DNA of 64,000 nt from an uncultured Pseudomonadota bacterium (GCA_902799285.1 CADCAA010000001.1:7533-71532), one strand, 5' to 3'; counted from the stretch's first letter, positions 18,278 to 28,293 are shown. The notes: generated from the sequence alone by a model not told the origin. Translations and numbers: made by a program.

Positions 18278-19569
18278 TCAATAATTTTTCCGTGCAGGCA
18301 TGATTTGTTTGCAGATGTGATTTTTATATGTGCAAAAGGTGTCGCATTGTTTGTTTCAACAATGCATGGTTGCATATAGGGCGTTCTGTATATATGTTTT
18401 GTGCCGGTTTTATCAATGCCTTCGTACAGGCAATCAAAAGTTTTGTCGATGCACGATAAATTGAATTCGCGTTGTATGTCGTTAAGTATCGAATCCAGTT
18501 TTATCAATCGTTCGCTTTTAATGTTTTCCGGGATTTGTTGTTGCATAATTGCGGCCGCGGTGTGGGGGCGGGGCGAATATTTGAATGAATAAGAATTGAT
18601 ATATCCAACGCGTTTCGCAATTGCACATGTTTCCATAAAATCGTTTTCTGATTCGCCAGGAAAACCGACAATAAAGTCGCTGGAAATTTGAATGTCTGGG
18701 CGGATTGTTTTGAATTTATTTATAATTTGCATATATTCGTCGACATTATATTGACGATGCATTTTTTGCAATATGTTATCAGACCCACTTTGTATTGGCA
18801 TATTCAAAAACGGCAAAAGTTTGGATTCTGTGCCGAATAGTTGAATTAAATCGTCGGTCATTTCAGTCGGATAACTGGATGTGAATCTGATGCGTTTAAC
18901 CGAATCGATTTTTGCAGTTTCGCGTATTATATCGGATAAGCGATATGTTTTTCCGTCTTTATCGGTATATTTATATCCGTTTACATTTTGACCGATAAAG
19001 CAAATTTCAATTGCACCAACGTTCGCTGCATGCATTGTTTCCGCCAAAATATCATTAAATGGGCGTGAAATTTCGGGGCCACGGGTGTATGGAACAATGC
19101 AATATGTGCAGCAATGGTTGCAGCCTTCTTGGACTGGAATATATGCAACAAGTGGTGATTTTGTTATTGGTGGTAATTCATCAAATTTTTCAAGTCCGCC
19201 CAGGTTTATATCAAATAACTTTGTGTCTGGGTCGGATAGAATTTCTGGTAATTTATGATAACTTTGTGGGCCCAATACAAAATTCAAATCCGGTATTCTG
19301 CGAAATGCATCGGTCCCAGATTCGCGGGCAACGCAGCCGACAATTCCATATATGGCATTTGGCTTTTTGGCTTGGCGAATTCGACCAATTGCAGAATAAA
19401 CTTTGTCGGTCGCCTTGGCACGGACGGCGCATGTGTTTAACAGTATTATGTCAGCGTCGCCGACGTTTTCTGTTTGTGTGAATCCGTGCTTTTCCAACAT
19501 GGATGCAATACGCAATCCATCGTATACGTTCATTTGACAGCCAAATGTTTTTATATAGAATTTTTTCAT
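18274..19569 (-). CDS. miaB: tRNA-i6A37 methylthiotransferase MiaB
   Basis: N-terminal KTFGCQMNVYD, radical-SAM CNHCCTYCIVP and a C-terminal TRAM region. Confidence 0.9.
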   Translation of the reverse strand: MKKFYIKTFGCQMNVYDGLRIASMLEKHGFTQTENVGDADIILLNTCAVRAKATDKVYSAIGRIRQAKKPNAIYGIVGCVARESGTDAFRRIPDLNFVLGPQSYHKLPEILSDPDTKLFDINLGGLEKFDELPPITKSPLVAYIPVQEGCNHCCTYCIVPYTRGPEISRPFNDILAETMHAANVGAIEICFIGQNVNGYKYTDKDGKTYRLSDIIRETAKIDSVKRIRFTSSYPTEMTDDLIQLFGTESKLLPFLNMPIQSGSDNILQKMHRQYNVDEYMQIINKFKTIRPDIQISSDFIVGFPGESENDFMETCAIAKRVGYINSYSFKYSPRPHTAAAIMQQQIPENIKSERLIKLDSILNDIQREFNLSCIDKTFDCLYEGIDKTGTKHIYRTPYMQPCIVETNNATPFAHIKITSANKSCLHGKIID

Positions 19570-19576
19570 ATCTGTA

Positions 19577-19747
19577 TTATTTGTGTTTTGTGCGTGTTGT
19601 TGTGCGTGCTGCGCGTTTCAATTCGTTGCGGAATCTATTATATCTGTCGATTCTGCGTTGGATGTTATTGTTATATTCTGGAATTTCGACAGTGCCATAA
19701 CGAACACCGGTGATTGCGTTGTCTTCTATGATAGTGATAATTTTCAT
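19577..19747 (-). CDS. Possible 56-aa basic small protein
   Basis: ATG at 19747 (MKIITIIEDNAITGVRYGTVEIPEYNNNIQRRIDRYNRFRNELKRAARTTTRTKHK). It fills the gap between the 19763 ORF and miaB on the same strand. It is absent from the ORF track because it is under 60 aa. Confidence 0.3.
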   Translation of the reverse strand: MKIITIIEDNAITGVRYGTVEIPEYNNNIQRRIDRYNRFRNELKRAARTTTRTKHK

Positions 19748-19762
19748 TTTTTTTCCTTTTTG

Positions 19763-20179
19763 TTATTTATGTTTATTTCTGTCAAAGCATATTTGTGTGC
19801 GCATGACCCGGGTGTTATTAAATTGAATTTTGGTCATGTGATATTTATGTGCTTTGTTATGATGTGATTTTTTTTGCGGTATTGGCGCAGGAATACAAGG
19901 CATCATTAACGATTCTTTTAGTTTGAAAAGTTCCCCGTGTGTTTCATCAATTACTATTTGTGCAATATCCGCCAAAGTCAAATTTTTTGGGGCCGATTCC
20001 ATAACCATTGGTATGCTGTTCGGGTATGTTTTTTGTAAATTTGGTTCCAAAATAACCGTTGCCAAATTTTTGTCGTTTGTTGTTGTTATTTTGTGTATAC
20101 GCATTGATTCTGCGATTTTTTCTTTATCGGCATCGTTAAATTTTGGTGAAATAAAAACAACAATTACGCTTTCGGCCAT
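19763..20179 (-). CDS. Hypothetical protein (His/Lys-rich C-terminus)
   Basis: 138-aa ORF starting 4 nt after the gatB stop on the same strand. No motif recognised. Confidence 0.45.
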   Translation of the reverse strand: MAESVIVVFISPKFNDADKEKIAESMRIHKITTTNDKNLATVILEPNLQKTYPNSIPMVMESAPKNLTLADIAQIVIDETHGELFKLKESLMMPCIPAPIPQKKSHHNKAHKYHMTKIQFNNTRVMRTQICFDRNKHK

Positions 20180-20183
20180 TTTA

Positions 20184-21707
20184 TTACCCTAACTTTTTCT
20201 TTATCATTTCGTTCACGACGGCTGGGTTTGCTTTGCCGCCTGTGGCCTTCATAACGTTGCCTACAAAGAATCCCAAGAGTCCCACCTTGCCAGATTTGTA
20301 TTGTTCAACCTGGGACGGATTATTGGCAATTATTTCGTCGATAACCTTTTCAATTGCCGATGTGTCTGTGATTTGTTTCATACCAAATTTGTCGGCGATT
20401 GCTTTTGGTGAACCGGTTTCACCATCCAGCATTTTGATAAAGATTTCTTTGGCCTGTTTACCATTGATTTCGTTTGCCGATATCATATCCACCAATTCAG
20501 CAATGTTTTCAGGTGTGATGATGCGTGGTTCATCGGTCGCGCGTTCGCGTACTTCATTTGTAATATCAAAATTTTCAGGATGTGCGAATAATTCAGAAAT
20601 CATCCAATTCGCAACCGATTTTGCGCGTTCGTTTTTGCCACCAACTGCGGTATCAAACCAATGTGAAATATCAACTGTTTCAGTCAAACGCGCAGCATCA
20701 TATTCGTTTAACCCATATGTGTTGATATAACGTGCACGCGTTGCTTCTGGTAATTCCGGCATAGTGCGACGAATACGTTCAATGCGTTCATCTGTAATGA
20801 CCAAAGGCAATAAATCTGGGTCCGGAAAATAACGATAATCCAGTGCGTCTTCTTTGCTGCGCAGGACAGATGTTGTGCCGTCGCCTTGGTTATAGCGCAT
20901 TGTATCCTGGGTGACAGTGCCGCCGTTTTCATAGGTTTCGATTTGGCGACGGGCCTCGTACTCTATCGCCGTTTTAATAAATTTGAAAGACACCATATTT
21001 TTTGTTTCGGTGCGGGTTCTGAAATTTTTATCGCCGACAGGACGCACGGATACGTTCACGTCTGCGCGCATGGAGCCTTCCTCCATATTTGCGCGTGATA
21101 CGCCCAATGCGCGTGCGATTTCACGAATTTTGCGCAGGTATTTTTCCGCCTCGTCAGGGGACGAAATGTATGAATTGTTTTCTGGATTTTTTGTATCCAA
21201 GAAAGTGACGATTTCAAGCAGTGTGACACCCGTTCTGTTATAATCAGCGAAAGATTTTGTCGGGTGCGCATCGTGTTTTAATTTGCCGGCATCTTGTTCC
21301 AAATGTGCGCGTTCGATGAAAATTTTTTTAGGATTACCATCGTCGCCAATAATTTCAATCCAGCCACGACCAACGACCGGTGGGCGATCTGCCGGTTGCG
21401 AAATTTGATACCCCTGGGGCAGGTCAGGGTAAAAATATTGTTTGCGGGCAAAACGACTGATACGGGAAATTTCAGCGTTGATACCCAGACCAAATTTAAT
21501 CGCCTGGTCAACACAGTAATCGTTTAATACCGGCAACATGCCTGGCATTGCGGCGTCAACCATGGAAACCTGGGTGTTGGGCGCAATTGTTGGATTATAG
21601 TTTGCGGATGCACCACTGAAAATTTTACTGTTGGACAGCACCTCGATATGTGTTTCCAAACCGATAACCAATTCCCAATCGCCAGTTTTTCCTTTTATTG
21701 TGTACAT
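20184..21707 (-). CDS. gatB: Asp/Glu-tRNA(Asn/Gln) amidotransferase subunit B
   Basis: N-terminal WELVIGLETHIEV, about 507 aa, and a C-terminal GatB_Yqey-like tail. Confidence 0.9.
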   Translation of the reverse strand: MYTIKGKTGDWELVIGLETHIEVLSNSKIFSGASANYNPTIAPNTQVSMVDAAMPGMLPVLNDYCVDQAIKFGLGINAEISRISRFARKQYFYPDLPQGYQISQPADRPPVVGRGWIEIIGDDGNPKKIFIERAHLEQDAGKLKHDAHPTKSFADYNRTGVTLLEIVTFLDTKNPENNSYISSPDEAEKYLRKIREIARALGVSRANMEEGSMRADVNVSVRPVGDKNFRTRTETKNMVSFKFIKTAIEYEARRQIETYENGGTVTQDTMRYNQGDGTTSVLRSKEDALDYRYFPDPDLLPLVITDERIERIRRTMPELPEATRARYINTYGLNEYDAARLTETVDISHWFDTAVGGKNERAKSVANWMISELFAHPENFDITNEVRERATDEPRIITPENIAELVDMISANEINGKQAKEIFIKMLDGETGSPKAIADKFGMKQITDTSAIEKVIDEIIANNPSQVEQYKSGKVGLLGFFVGNVMKATGGKANPAVVNEMIKKKLG

Positions 21708-21770
21708 TTTTTTGCCCTTTATTTTTTCTTGCTTTTTAGTTTTTTATACTTTATTATGCATCTCACGGAT

Positions 21771-21846
21771 GGCCAGATAGCTCAGTTGGTAGAGCAAGGG
21801 ACTGAAAATCCCTGTGTCAGTGGTTCGATTCCACTTCTGGCCACCA
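21771..21846 (+). tRNA. tRNA-Phe (anticodon GAA), CCA encoded
   Basis: Acceptor GGCCAGA/TCTGGCC, D-arm GCTC-AGTTGGTA-GAGC, anticodon loop CTGAAAA, T-arm AGTGG-TTCGATT-CCACT. Confidence 0.9.
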
Positions 21847-21875
21847 TTTTTATTGCTGTGTTATACAGCATTTTT

Positions 21876-23345
21876 TTATTCCCCCATTATTTTTGTTGGA
21901 CGATTATCAACGCCGCTGAATTGTTGGATATGTTTTGCCAATTGCAGGGCACGTAAATCATCAAAGCGACGACCAACCACCTGCATACCCAATGGTAATC
22001 CATTTTCGGCCATACCCGCAGGGACACTCACCGCGGGAACGCCCGCCAAATTCATGGCGACGGTGAATAAATCCAATGCATAATATTCCAATGGTGTTAA
22101 ATCGGAATCCAATGGCATTGCAGTACCCGCGCCCGCCGGACAGATAATCAAATCACATTGTTCGAATGCGCGGTTAAAAGCATTTGCAATTAAACGACGG
22201 ACACGTGCGGCCTGCATAAAGTATACATCATATGATTCAGATGATAACACAGCTGTACCGATAATCATACGGCGTTGCACTTCTTCACCAAATCCAGCAG
22301 CGCGTGTTTTTTTGTATGTATCATAAATATCACTGCCTTCGACACGCAGACCATAACGAACGCCATCATAACGTGCCAGGTTTGATGAGGCCTCGGCCGG
22401 GGCGATGATGTAATATGCCGCCAAAGCGTCCAGGATATTTGGAATTGAAACCTCGACAATTTCGGTGCCGTTTGATTTCAAATCAGCAACACGTGCATCG
22501 AATATTCGTTTCATATCGGGCGATATTTCGACATTTTGGAATTCACGGATTACACCGACACGCAATTTTTTATCCAACCCCAAGATTGGTTCCAATGCGG
22601 ATTCGACATGAAAGTTTTGATTTGGGGCACTGGTTGAATCTTTGTCATCGTGGCCCGCCATAATCGACAATAACAATGCCGCATCATCCACCGTACGTGC
22701 GATTGGACCAGGGGTATCCAAACTGGATGCAAATGCAACACAACCCCAGCGAGAGCATAAACCATATGTTGGTTTTACACCAACCAATCCAGTAATGGAT
22801 GCAGGAAAACGAATTGAACCACCGGTGTCTGTGCCGGTTCCGCCCATGGCCAGTCCACCCGCGACGGCCGATGTTGTGCCACCCGATGAACCGCCGGCGG
22901 TTAATTTGCGTTCACGTTGCCAAGGACTGACCGGGGCACCAAAATAAGAAGTTTTAGAAAATGTGCCCATTGCAAATTCGTCCAAGTTTGCCTTGCCCAA
23001 CAGGACCGTTCCGGCATCAATGTATTTTTGTGAAATGGTTGATTCGTATTCTGGAACAAAATTTTCCAACATGTGCGATGCCGCCGTTGTGCGAATACCA
23101 CGTGTTGCAAATAAATCTTTCATCGCGATTGGAATGCCGTCCAATATGCGTGCATCGCCATGTGCATAACGTTCGTCCGCCGCCGCCGCATCGGCCATCG
23201 CGCGTTCGGGTGTGACCGTGATATAGCAATTTAATTCGGTTCCATATTTTTCAATGCGGTCAAGGTGTGCACGTGTCAATTCAGTCGCACTGATTTCGCG
23301 CGATTTTAATTTTTTTAATGCGTCCAGAATCGTTAAATCAATCAT
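21876..23345 (-). CDS. gatA: Glu-tRNA(Gln) amidotransferase subunit A
   Basis: Start set at MIDLTILDALKKL (23345). Amidase signature GGSSGG and GTDTGGSIR. Confidence 0.9.
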   Translation of the reverse strand: MIDLTILDALKKLKSREISATELTRAHLDRIEKYGTELNCYITVTPERAMADAAAADERYAHGDARILDGIPIAMKDLFATRGIRTTAASHMLENFVPEYESTISQKYIDAGTVLLGKANLDEFAMGTFSKTSYFGAPVSPWQRERKLTAGGSSGGTTSAVAGGLAMGGTGTDTGGSIRFPASITGLVGVKPTYGLCSRWGCVAFASSLDTPGPIARTVDDAALLLSIMAGHDDKDSTSAPNQNFHVESALEPILGLDKKLRVGVIREFQNVEISPDMKRIFDARVADLKSNGTEIVEVSIPNILDALAAYYIIAPAEASSNLARYDGVRYGLRVEGSDIYDTYKKTRAAGFGEEVQRRMIIGTAVLSSESYDVYFMQAARVRRLIANAFNRAFEQCDLIICPAGAGTAMPLDSDLTPLEYYALDLFTVAMNLAGVPAVSVPAGMAENGLPLGMQVVGRRFDDLRALQLAKHIQQFSGVDNRPTKIMGE

Positions 23346-23355
23346 TTCTTTCTTC

Positions 23356-23748
23356 CTATTTTGTGTTTGTGTATTTTTCAGCAAATAATTTTTTACCGAT
23401 AACCGCACAGGCAAATTCATCGGTGCATTTGCCAGAATATATATTTTTTAAGCAATCTTCGGTTGCACATTTGCGACAACCTTTGTTATTTATTTTTACA
23501 CTCATCCATCCGTTATTATCTTTGCGTAATTCCGGTTTATAATCTGGGGTGCTGCATAAATAATATTTCTGACTATCGTGCGAAAAAAACTGGACAGACA
23601 AATCGTATAAACAAGATTCCTGCGGAATTGTGCGCAAATTGACAAGTTCGCGGATGTATGTCTTGGCCTGTTTTGCAGTTATCTGTCCGCAATCCTGATT
23701 TATGTCAAAGGTTGGATTTGATAATTGTAAACCATATTTTTTTGTCAT
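23356..23748 (-). CDS. Cys-rich hypothetical protein inserted between gatC and gatA
   Basis: 130-aa ORF on the same strand as gatC/gatA with short gaps on both sides. It has 8 Cys and no signal peptide. No family recognised. Confidence 0.5.
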   Translation of the reverse strand: MTKKYGLQLSNPTFDINQDCGQITAKQAKTYIRELVNLRTIPQESCLYDLSVQFFSHDSQKYYLCSTPDYKPELRKDNNGWMSVKINNKGCRKCATEDCLKNIYSGKCTDEFACAVIGKKLFAEKYTNTK

Positions 23749-23762
23749 GATACACCCCGTTG

Positions 23763-24059
23763 TTAATCAGCATCCATAACCTTTGGTACCGCAAAATATC
23801 CACGCGAAACACCCGCCTTGTCAGGTGAATTGGCTAATATTTTATCACGCATATTCCCATCGGTGACAACATCCGCCCGCACTGGCAATTCGTGTTCAGA
23901 TGGATTTAACAGTGGTTCAACGCCGGTTGTATCGATTTTCTGTAATTTATCCAGCCATTCGACAACGCCGTCGATGTTCATTTGTTCCAATTTTTCGTCA
24001 GAGATTTCAATTTTAATCAAATCTGCGAATTTGTGTAATTGTTGCTTGCTAAATGCCAT
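23763..24059 (-). CDS. gatC: Glu-tRNA(Gln) amidotransferase subunit C
   Basis: 98 aa, with a GatC-like KIEISDEKLEQ...LDKLQKIDT...VEPL pattern. Confidence 0.85.
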   Translation of the reverse strand: MAFSKQQLHKFADLIKIEISDEKLEQMNIDGVVEWLDKLQKIDTTGVEPLLNPSEHELPVRADVVTDGNMRDKILANSPDKAGVSRGYFAVPKVMDAD

Positions 24060-24096
24060 TTTCGATCCTATATTTGTAAAGTAAAGGAATTATACT

Positions 24097-24546
24097 ATGA
24101 TTTTGCCTGATTTCAAGGATTTTCCTAAAAATGGACGTGTCATTGGTGTTGATTGGGGCGCACGGCGGACCGGTGTCGCAATCAGTGATGAAACACGTAA
24201 AATTGTCTTTGCGCGGCCGGTAATAAATCCGATGCCAAATAAATCCGTGGTGGATCAGGTTGCCGAATTGGTAAGGCAAGAGCGGGTTGGTGGAATTGTG
24301 ATTGGATTGCCGTTGCGGATGGATGGCACGGAATCAGATACTACGGCAATGGTGCGCAAATTTGCAAATGATTTGGCAGGGCAGGTGGGTGTGCCAATTT
24401 GCTTTGTGGATGAAACGTTAACGTCGACATCGGCACAGGAAAGTATGGGCCGGGTGCGTGTGCGTGATATTAAACAGCATTTGGATTCGGAATCTGCGCG
24501 TGTGATTTTGGAGAATGCAATTGCGATTTTGAACAGGTTAAAATAA
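24097..24546 (+). CDS. ruvX: Holliday-junction-resolvase-like nuclease RuvX (YqgF)
   Basis: GVDWGARRTGVAISD N-terminal motif and GLPLRMDGTES. Confidence 0.85.
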   Translation: MILPDFKDFPKNGRVIGVDWGARRTGVAISDETRKIVFARPVINPMPNKSVVDQVAELVRQERVGGIVIGLPLRMDGTESDTTAMVRKFANDLAGQVGVPICFVDETLTSTSAQESMGRVRVRDIKQHLDSESARVILENAIAILNRLK

Positions 24547-24572
24547 AAATCGCCACTTTGTAAAAGTGGCGG
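24541..24572. terminator. Hairpin terminator between convergent ruvX and the AI-2E transporter gene
   Basis: 9-bp stem CGCCACTTT / AAAGTGGCG. The T-run is good on the minus strand and poor on the plus strand. Confidence 0.6.
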
Positions 24573-24596
24573 ATTTAATGCGTATAGCGCGAAAAA

Positions 24597-25643
24597 TTAG
24601 TCCCCTGTTTTTTCTGGAATTTGACCGTCGGCGGAAAGCAGGACCGCAATCCAACGGGTTGAATCAAATTGTGCGGTGATGATAAATATTGCCGCCAAAA
24701 TTGGAACGCTGAAAAACATTCCTGCGATGCCCCATAATAATCCCCAGAATACCAAGTTTATTAATATTGCCAATGTCGACAGGTTTAATGTTTTTCCCAT
24801 CAGTTTTGGATCCAATATATTTCCAAATATGATTTCCAGTATTATCAATCCGCCGGCGGTTAAAATCGGTAAATTTAACGAATCGCCCGAAATCAATGCG
24901 TATAGAATTGGTAATGCGCACGCAACAATTGAACCGATTGTCGGGATATAATTCATTATAAATACCAAGAATGCCCATACGCCTGCGAATTCCAGGCCAA
25001 TTAAACGCAACCATATGTATGCGCCGATTCCGGTTGCGGCGGCGATGACTGTTTTTACAAATAAATATTTTTTCATATTTTTATCGAAACTGTCGATAAT
25101 GAATTTGAATTTTGTTGTTTTGGATTTTGTTTCAAATAAATTATCCAGTTTTTTATGAAATGTACTTTGTTCCACGAACAGGAACAAAATGTAAATCAAA
25201 ATCATACCCAATGATGTCGCCAGGTTTGCCGCCGACGAGCCGACTGTTTTTACTATATCGGTCAAATTCGGGAACATATTGATGTCAAATGTCAATCCCA
25301 ATTGGTGAAAGATTGTTGTACTGATGTCGACCAATTTTTCCTGGATTTCTGGGATGCGTGCGACCAGTTTTGAAAACATAGGATTTATTTGTGTTGCAAA
25401 TGCGTAAAACAAATATCCCAAACTGGTTGCGGCCAAAATGATAGAAACTATGTTGAAAAATTCAGGCCAAAATGTTGGACATTTTTTTACACAATAACTG
25501 AATGGCAAAACTTTACGAAAGTATGCCGCGATTGCGTTTATTAAATACCATAAAAATATTGCAACCAATAATGGTATTAAAATAGAACGACCGAACCATA
25601 ATAATATTACCATGCCGATAAAAACTATTATTCCGTTCATCAT
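24597..25643 (-). CDS. AI-2E family (PerM/YhhT-like) transporter
   Basis: 348 aa, about 8 TM helices, with the typical layout and C-terminal FFSVPILAAI region. Confidence 0.8.
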   Translation of the reverse strand: MMNGIIVFIGMVILLWFGRSILIPLLVAIFLWYLINAIAAYFRKVLPFSYCVKKCPTFWPEFFNIVSIILAATSLGYLFYAFATQINPMFSKLVARIPEIQEKLVDISTTIFHQLGLTFDINMFPNLTDIVKTVGSSAANLATSLGMILIYILFLFVEQSTFHKKLDNLFETKSKTTKFKFIIDSFDKNMKKYLFVKTVIAAATGIGAYIWLRLIGLEFAGVWAFLVFIMNYIPTIGSIVACALPILYALISGDSLNLPILTAGGLIILEIIFGNILDPKLMGKTLNLSTLAILINLVFWGLLWGIAGMFFSVPILAAIFIITAQFDSTRWIAVLLSADGQIPEKTGD

Positions 25644-25659
25644 TTTTCCCTCCTTTTGG

Positions 25660-26334
25660 TTATTTCTTTATTTCACCGTGTTCCAATAGTGTTGTGTTTG
25701 TTGGTTTAATTAAATCTGTGAATTTTTTTTGATGACTGATAAATATAAATGTTGTGTTGCACATTTTATTTATTGTATCCGCAATTTGTTGCTGGGTCGC
25801 GCTGTCTGCGCCGGAATCAGGTTCGTCCAAAATTGCAAGTTTTGGTTGTGTCATAATCAGTCGCAACAGCATCAATTTTTTACGTTCGCCACCGGAAAAT
25901 CCGACATTGATACTGCGGTCCAGCCAATCACGTGGAATGTTTAATTCGTTGCGTGCGGATTCCAAAGATTCCAAAAATTCGGCCATTGATAAATCGCGTC
26001 CTGTTTCAAAATGTGTGTGCGCGGCGATTGAATGTTTTAGGAAACTTAATACCGATAAACCCGGAATTTCTGGAACATTTTGTGCGCCCAGGAATATTCC
26101 CAATAATGCGCGACGGGTTGCAGATTCGTTTGTTATATCAATCCCATCAAAAATTATTTGTCCAGATGTGATTTTGGATTCAGGTGCACCGGCAATTGTT
26201 TGGACCAAAGTTGATTTGCCAGAACCGTTATGTCCGCCCAGTAAGTGTAGTTCGCCCGCGTTTATGTTCAGGTTTATATTGTTCAATAAAACCCGGTCGT
26301 CAATTGATACTGATAAATTTTTTATGTTTAACAT
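25660..26334 (-). CDS. sufC: Fe-S cluster assembly ATPase SufC
   Basis: Walker A GHNGSGKSTL, signature SGGERKK, about 224 aa, directly downstream of sufB. Confidence 0.9.
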   Translation of the reverse strand: MLNIKNLSVSIDDRVLLNNINLNINAGELHLLGGHNGSGKSTLVQTIAGAPESKITSGQIIFDGIDITNESATRRALLGIFLGAQNVPEIPGLSVLSFLKHSIAAHTHFETGRDLSMAEFLESLESARNELNIPRDWLDRSINVGFSGGERKKLMLLRLIMTQPKLAILDEPDSGADSATQQQIADTINKMCNTTFIFISHQKKFTDLIKPTNTTLLEHGEIKK

Positions 26335-26339
26335 TGTAT

Positions 26340-27665
26340 TTATTCCCCGTGTATTGCCATTTGTATCAGTTGTTTTGATTCAACCAAAAATTCCATAGGT
26401 AATCTGGATATAATAGGATTTGCGTTGGCACCAATAATCAGGGCGATTGCCTGGTCTGTATCAATTCCGGATTGTTCCAAAAAGAATAATGTTTCGGCAT
26501 CGATTGCGCCGGTCTTTGCCTCGTGCGATTGATTGTTGGTATTATTTGTATGTATGATTGTTGGTATTGTGTTTGCAATTGCATCATTGCCAACAATTGT
26601 TGTATCGCATTTAGATACGTTGGTACAATTTTCGCCTGTGAAATTGACCAGACTGCGGAAAGTTTGTTTTGAATGTCCCAGTGCAACACCATACGACAAA
26701 ATATTTGATACAGAATTATTGCCAATATGAATCATTTTTGTACCCGTATCCGATTGTTGTGCGCCACGTGTAATTGTTAATGAGTAAAAGTCGCTATGCG
26801 CATTGTTTCCGGCCAAAATCGTGGATGGATATTTCCATGTCATGGATGACCCAATTTCAATTTGTGTCCAATCCAATGTTGCGTTGTTCATACATTTTCC
26901 ACGCTTTGTCACAAAGTTCAAAATACCGCCAGTTGTGGATTTGCCATTATGTTTGCCGGCATACCAATTTTGTACTGTTGAATATTTAACATGCGCATTA
27001 TCCAGGACCACAATTTCAACAACACCACTGTGTAATTGATGATTTGGGCGACGTGGGGCGCTGCAACCTTCCATATACTTTAATTCTGCGCCGGTATCTG
27101 CGATAATCAATGTGCGTTCGAATTGTCCGATTTTTGCCGTTTCAATACGAAAATAACTGGCCAAATCAATGGGGCATTTTGTGTTTTTTGGAACATATAC
27201 AAATGTGCCATCTGAAAATACCGCGGCATTTAATGCGGCAAAGAAATTGTCAGTTGCCGGCACAACGGTCCCCAGATATTTTTTTACTAAATCAGGATGT
27301 TGTTTTACCGCATCGGAAAACGGTAAGAATATTATACCCAGCCTTGATAATTCGTCGGTGTATGAAGTGTGGACAGATTTGCTGTCGATTACCGTATCGG
27401 TTGCCATGCCCAACAGGGCACGCTGTTCTGATTCAGGCAATCCCATTTTTTTGTATGTGTCCGCCAATTCAGAATTATCGATTTGTTTTTGTGTGGCATA
27501 ATAATCGAATGAATCATAGTCAATCGGTGTATAATCTATTTCCGCCCAATGTGGTTCCTGCATTTTTTTCCATGCGTCAAATGCCGCCAATCGCCAATCG
27601 GTCAACCACGCGGGTTCGCCACGTGCATTTGATATTTCGCGAATAGTGTCGTGTGTTAATTTCAA
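26340..27665 (-). CDS. sufB: Fe-S cluster assembly scaffold SufB
   Basis: N-terminal EPAWLTDWRLAAFDAWKKMQEPHW matches the SufB EPxWMxxxRLxAxxxW...EPHW pattern, followed by a beta-helix core. At 441 aa it is shorter than many SufB proteins. Confidence 0.85.
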   Translation of the reverse strand: MKLTHDTIREISNARGEPAWLTDWRLAAFDAWKKMQEPHWAEIDYTPIDYDSFDYYATQKQIDNSELADTYKKMGLPESEQRALLGMATDTVIDSKSVHTSYTDELSRLGIIFLPFSDAVKQHPDLVKKYLGTVVPATDNFFAALNAAVFSDGTFVYVPKNTKCPIDLASYFRIETAKIGQFERTLIIADTGAELKYMEGCSAPRRPNHQLHSGVVEIVVLDNAHVKYSTVQNWYAGKHNGKSTTGGILNFVTKRGKCMNNATLDWTQIEIGSSMTWKYPSTILAGNNAHSDFYSLTITRGAQQSDTGTKMIHIGNNSVSNILSYGVALGHSKQTFRSLVNFTGENCTNVSKCDTTIVGNDAIANTIPTIIHTNNTNNQSHEAKTGAIDAETLFFLEQSGIDTDQAIALIIGANANPIISRLPMEFLVESKQLIQMAIHGE

Positions 27666-27667
27666 AT

Positions 27668-28210
27668 TTATTCGTCCGTTTCTGCGAGTTGTTGGGCCTG
27701 GCTGAAAAATGTGAGTGATTGTCCCAACAGGCCGTCAGTGAATGTTGATGCCAATATGCCATCCGGTTCCGTTGTGGTCAGGTATTGCAGCAATTTATTT
27801 GCGCGACCCAGGTAGTTTTGGACGTTGTGTGCAATGGCACTGTCCAATTTAATGCAACGACGCAATTTTTCCAATGCAAATGGATTTTTTGCATATTCAT
27901 CCATAATTCCGCCCAGTGCGCGCCACAACGGGTGTTCGTTCGTGTTGCGTGGCATTACATCAATTGCGGCCATAATTGGAATCAAATTCTGTAATAAATC
28001 CGAATAGATGATTTCCGCATTTTCAGCCACCGCATTTGTTGCGTTTTTATTTTTTAACATCGATTGAATTTTTACAATAAGGTTATATTGAAATGTTATT
28101 GTTTTTGTGATTTCTGTGATTTTATTGTTCATATTTTTTATATGGACGAACATCACGATAATAGCGATAAAAATCAAAACGGACAAAGACAAGATAACTG
28201 TATTTTGCAT
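27668..28210 (-). CDS. Membrane-anchored helical hypothetical protein, immediately upstream of sufB
   Basis: A single N-terminal TM helix (VILSLSVLIFIAIIVMFV). Its stop codon (27668-27670) lies 2 nt upstream of the sufB ATG (27665). No family recognised. Confidence 0.5.
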   Translation of the reverse strand: MQNTVILSLSVLIFIAIIVMFVHIKNMNNKITEITKTITFQYNLIVKIQSMLKNKNATNAVAENAEIIYSDLLQNLIPIMAAIDVMPRNTNEHPLWRALGGIMDEYAKNPFALEKLRRCIKLDSAIAHNVQNYLGRANKLLQYLTTTEPDGILASTFTDGLLGQSLTFFSQAQQLAETDE

Positions 28211-28293
28211 AATTAAACTCCATGGATTTGTATGTTAGTATAACACACATTTTTGCGATTCGTATGTTTTTGTGTGAAAAGACTTTTTTGGTC

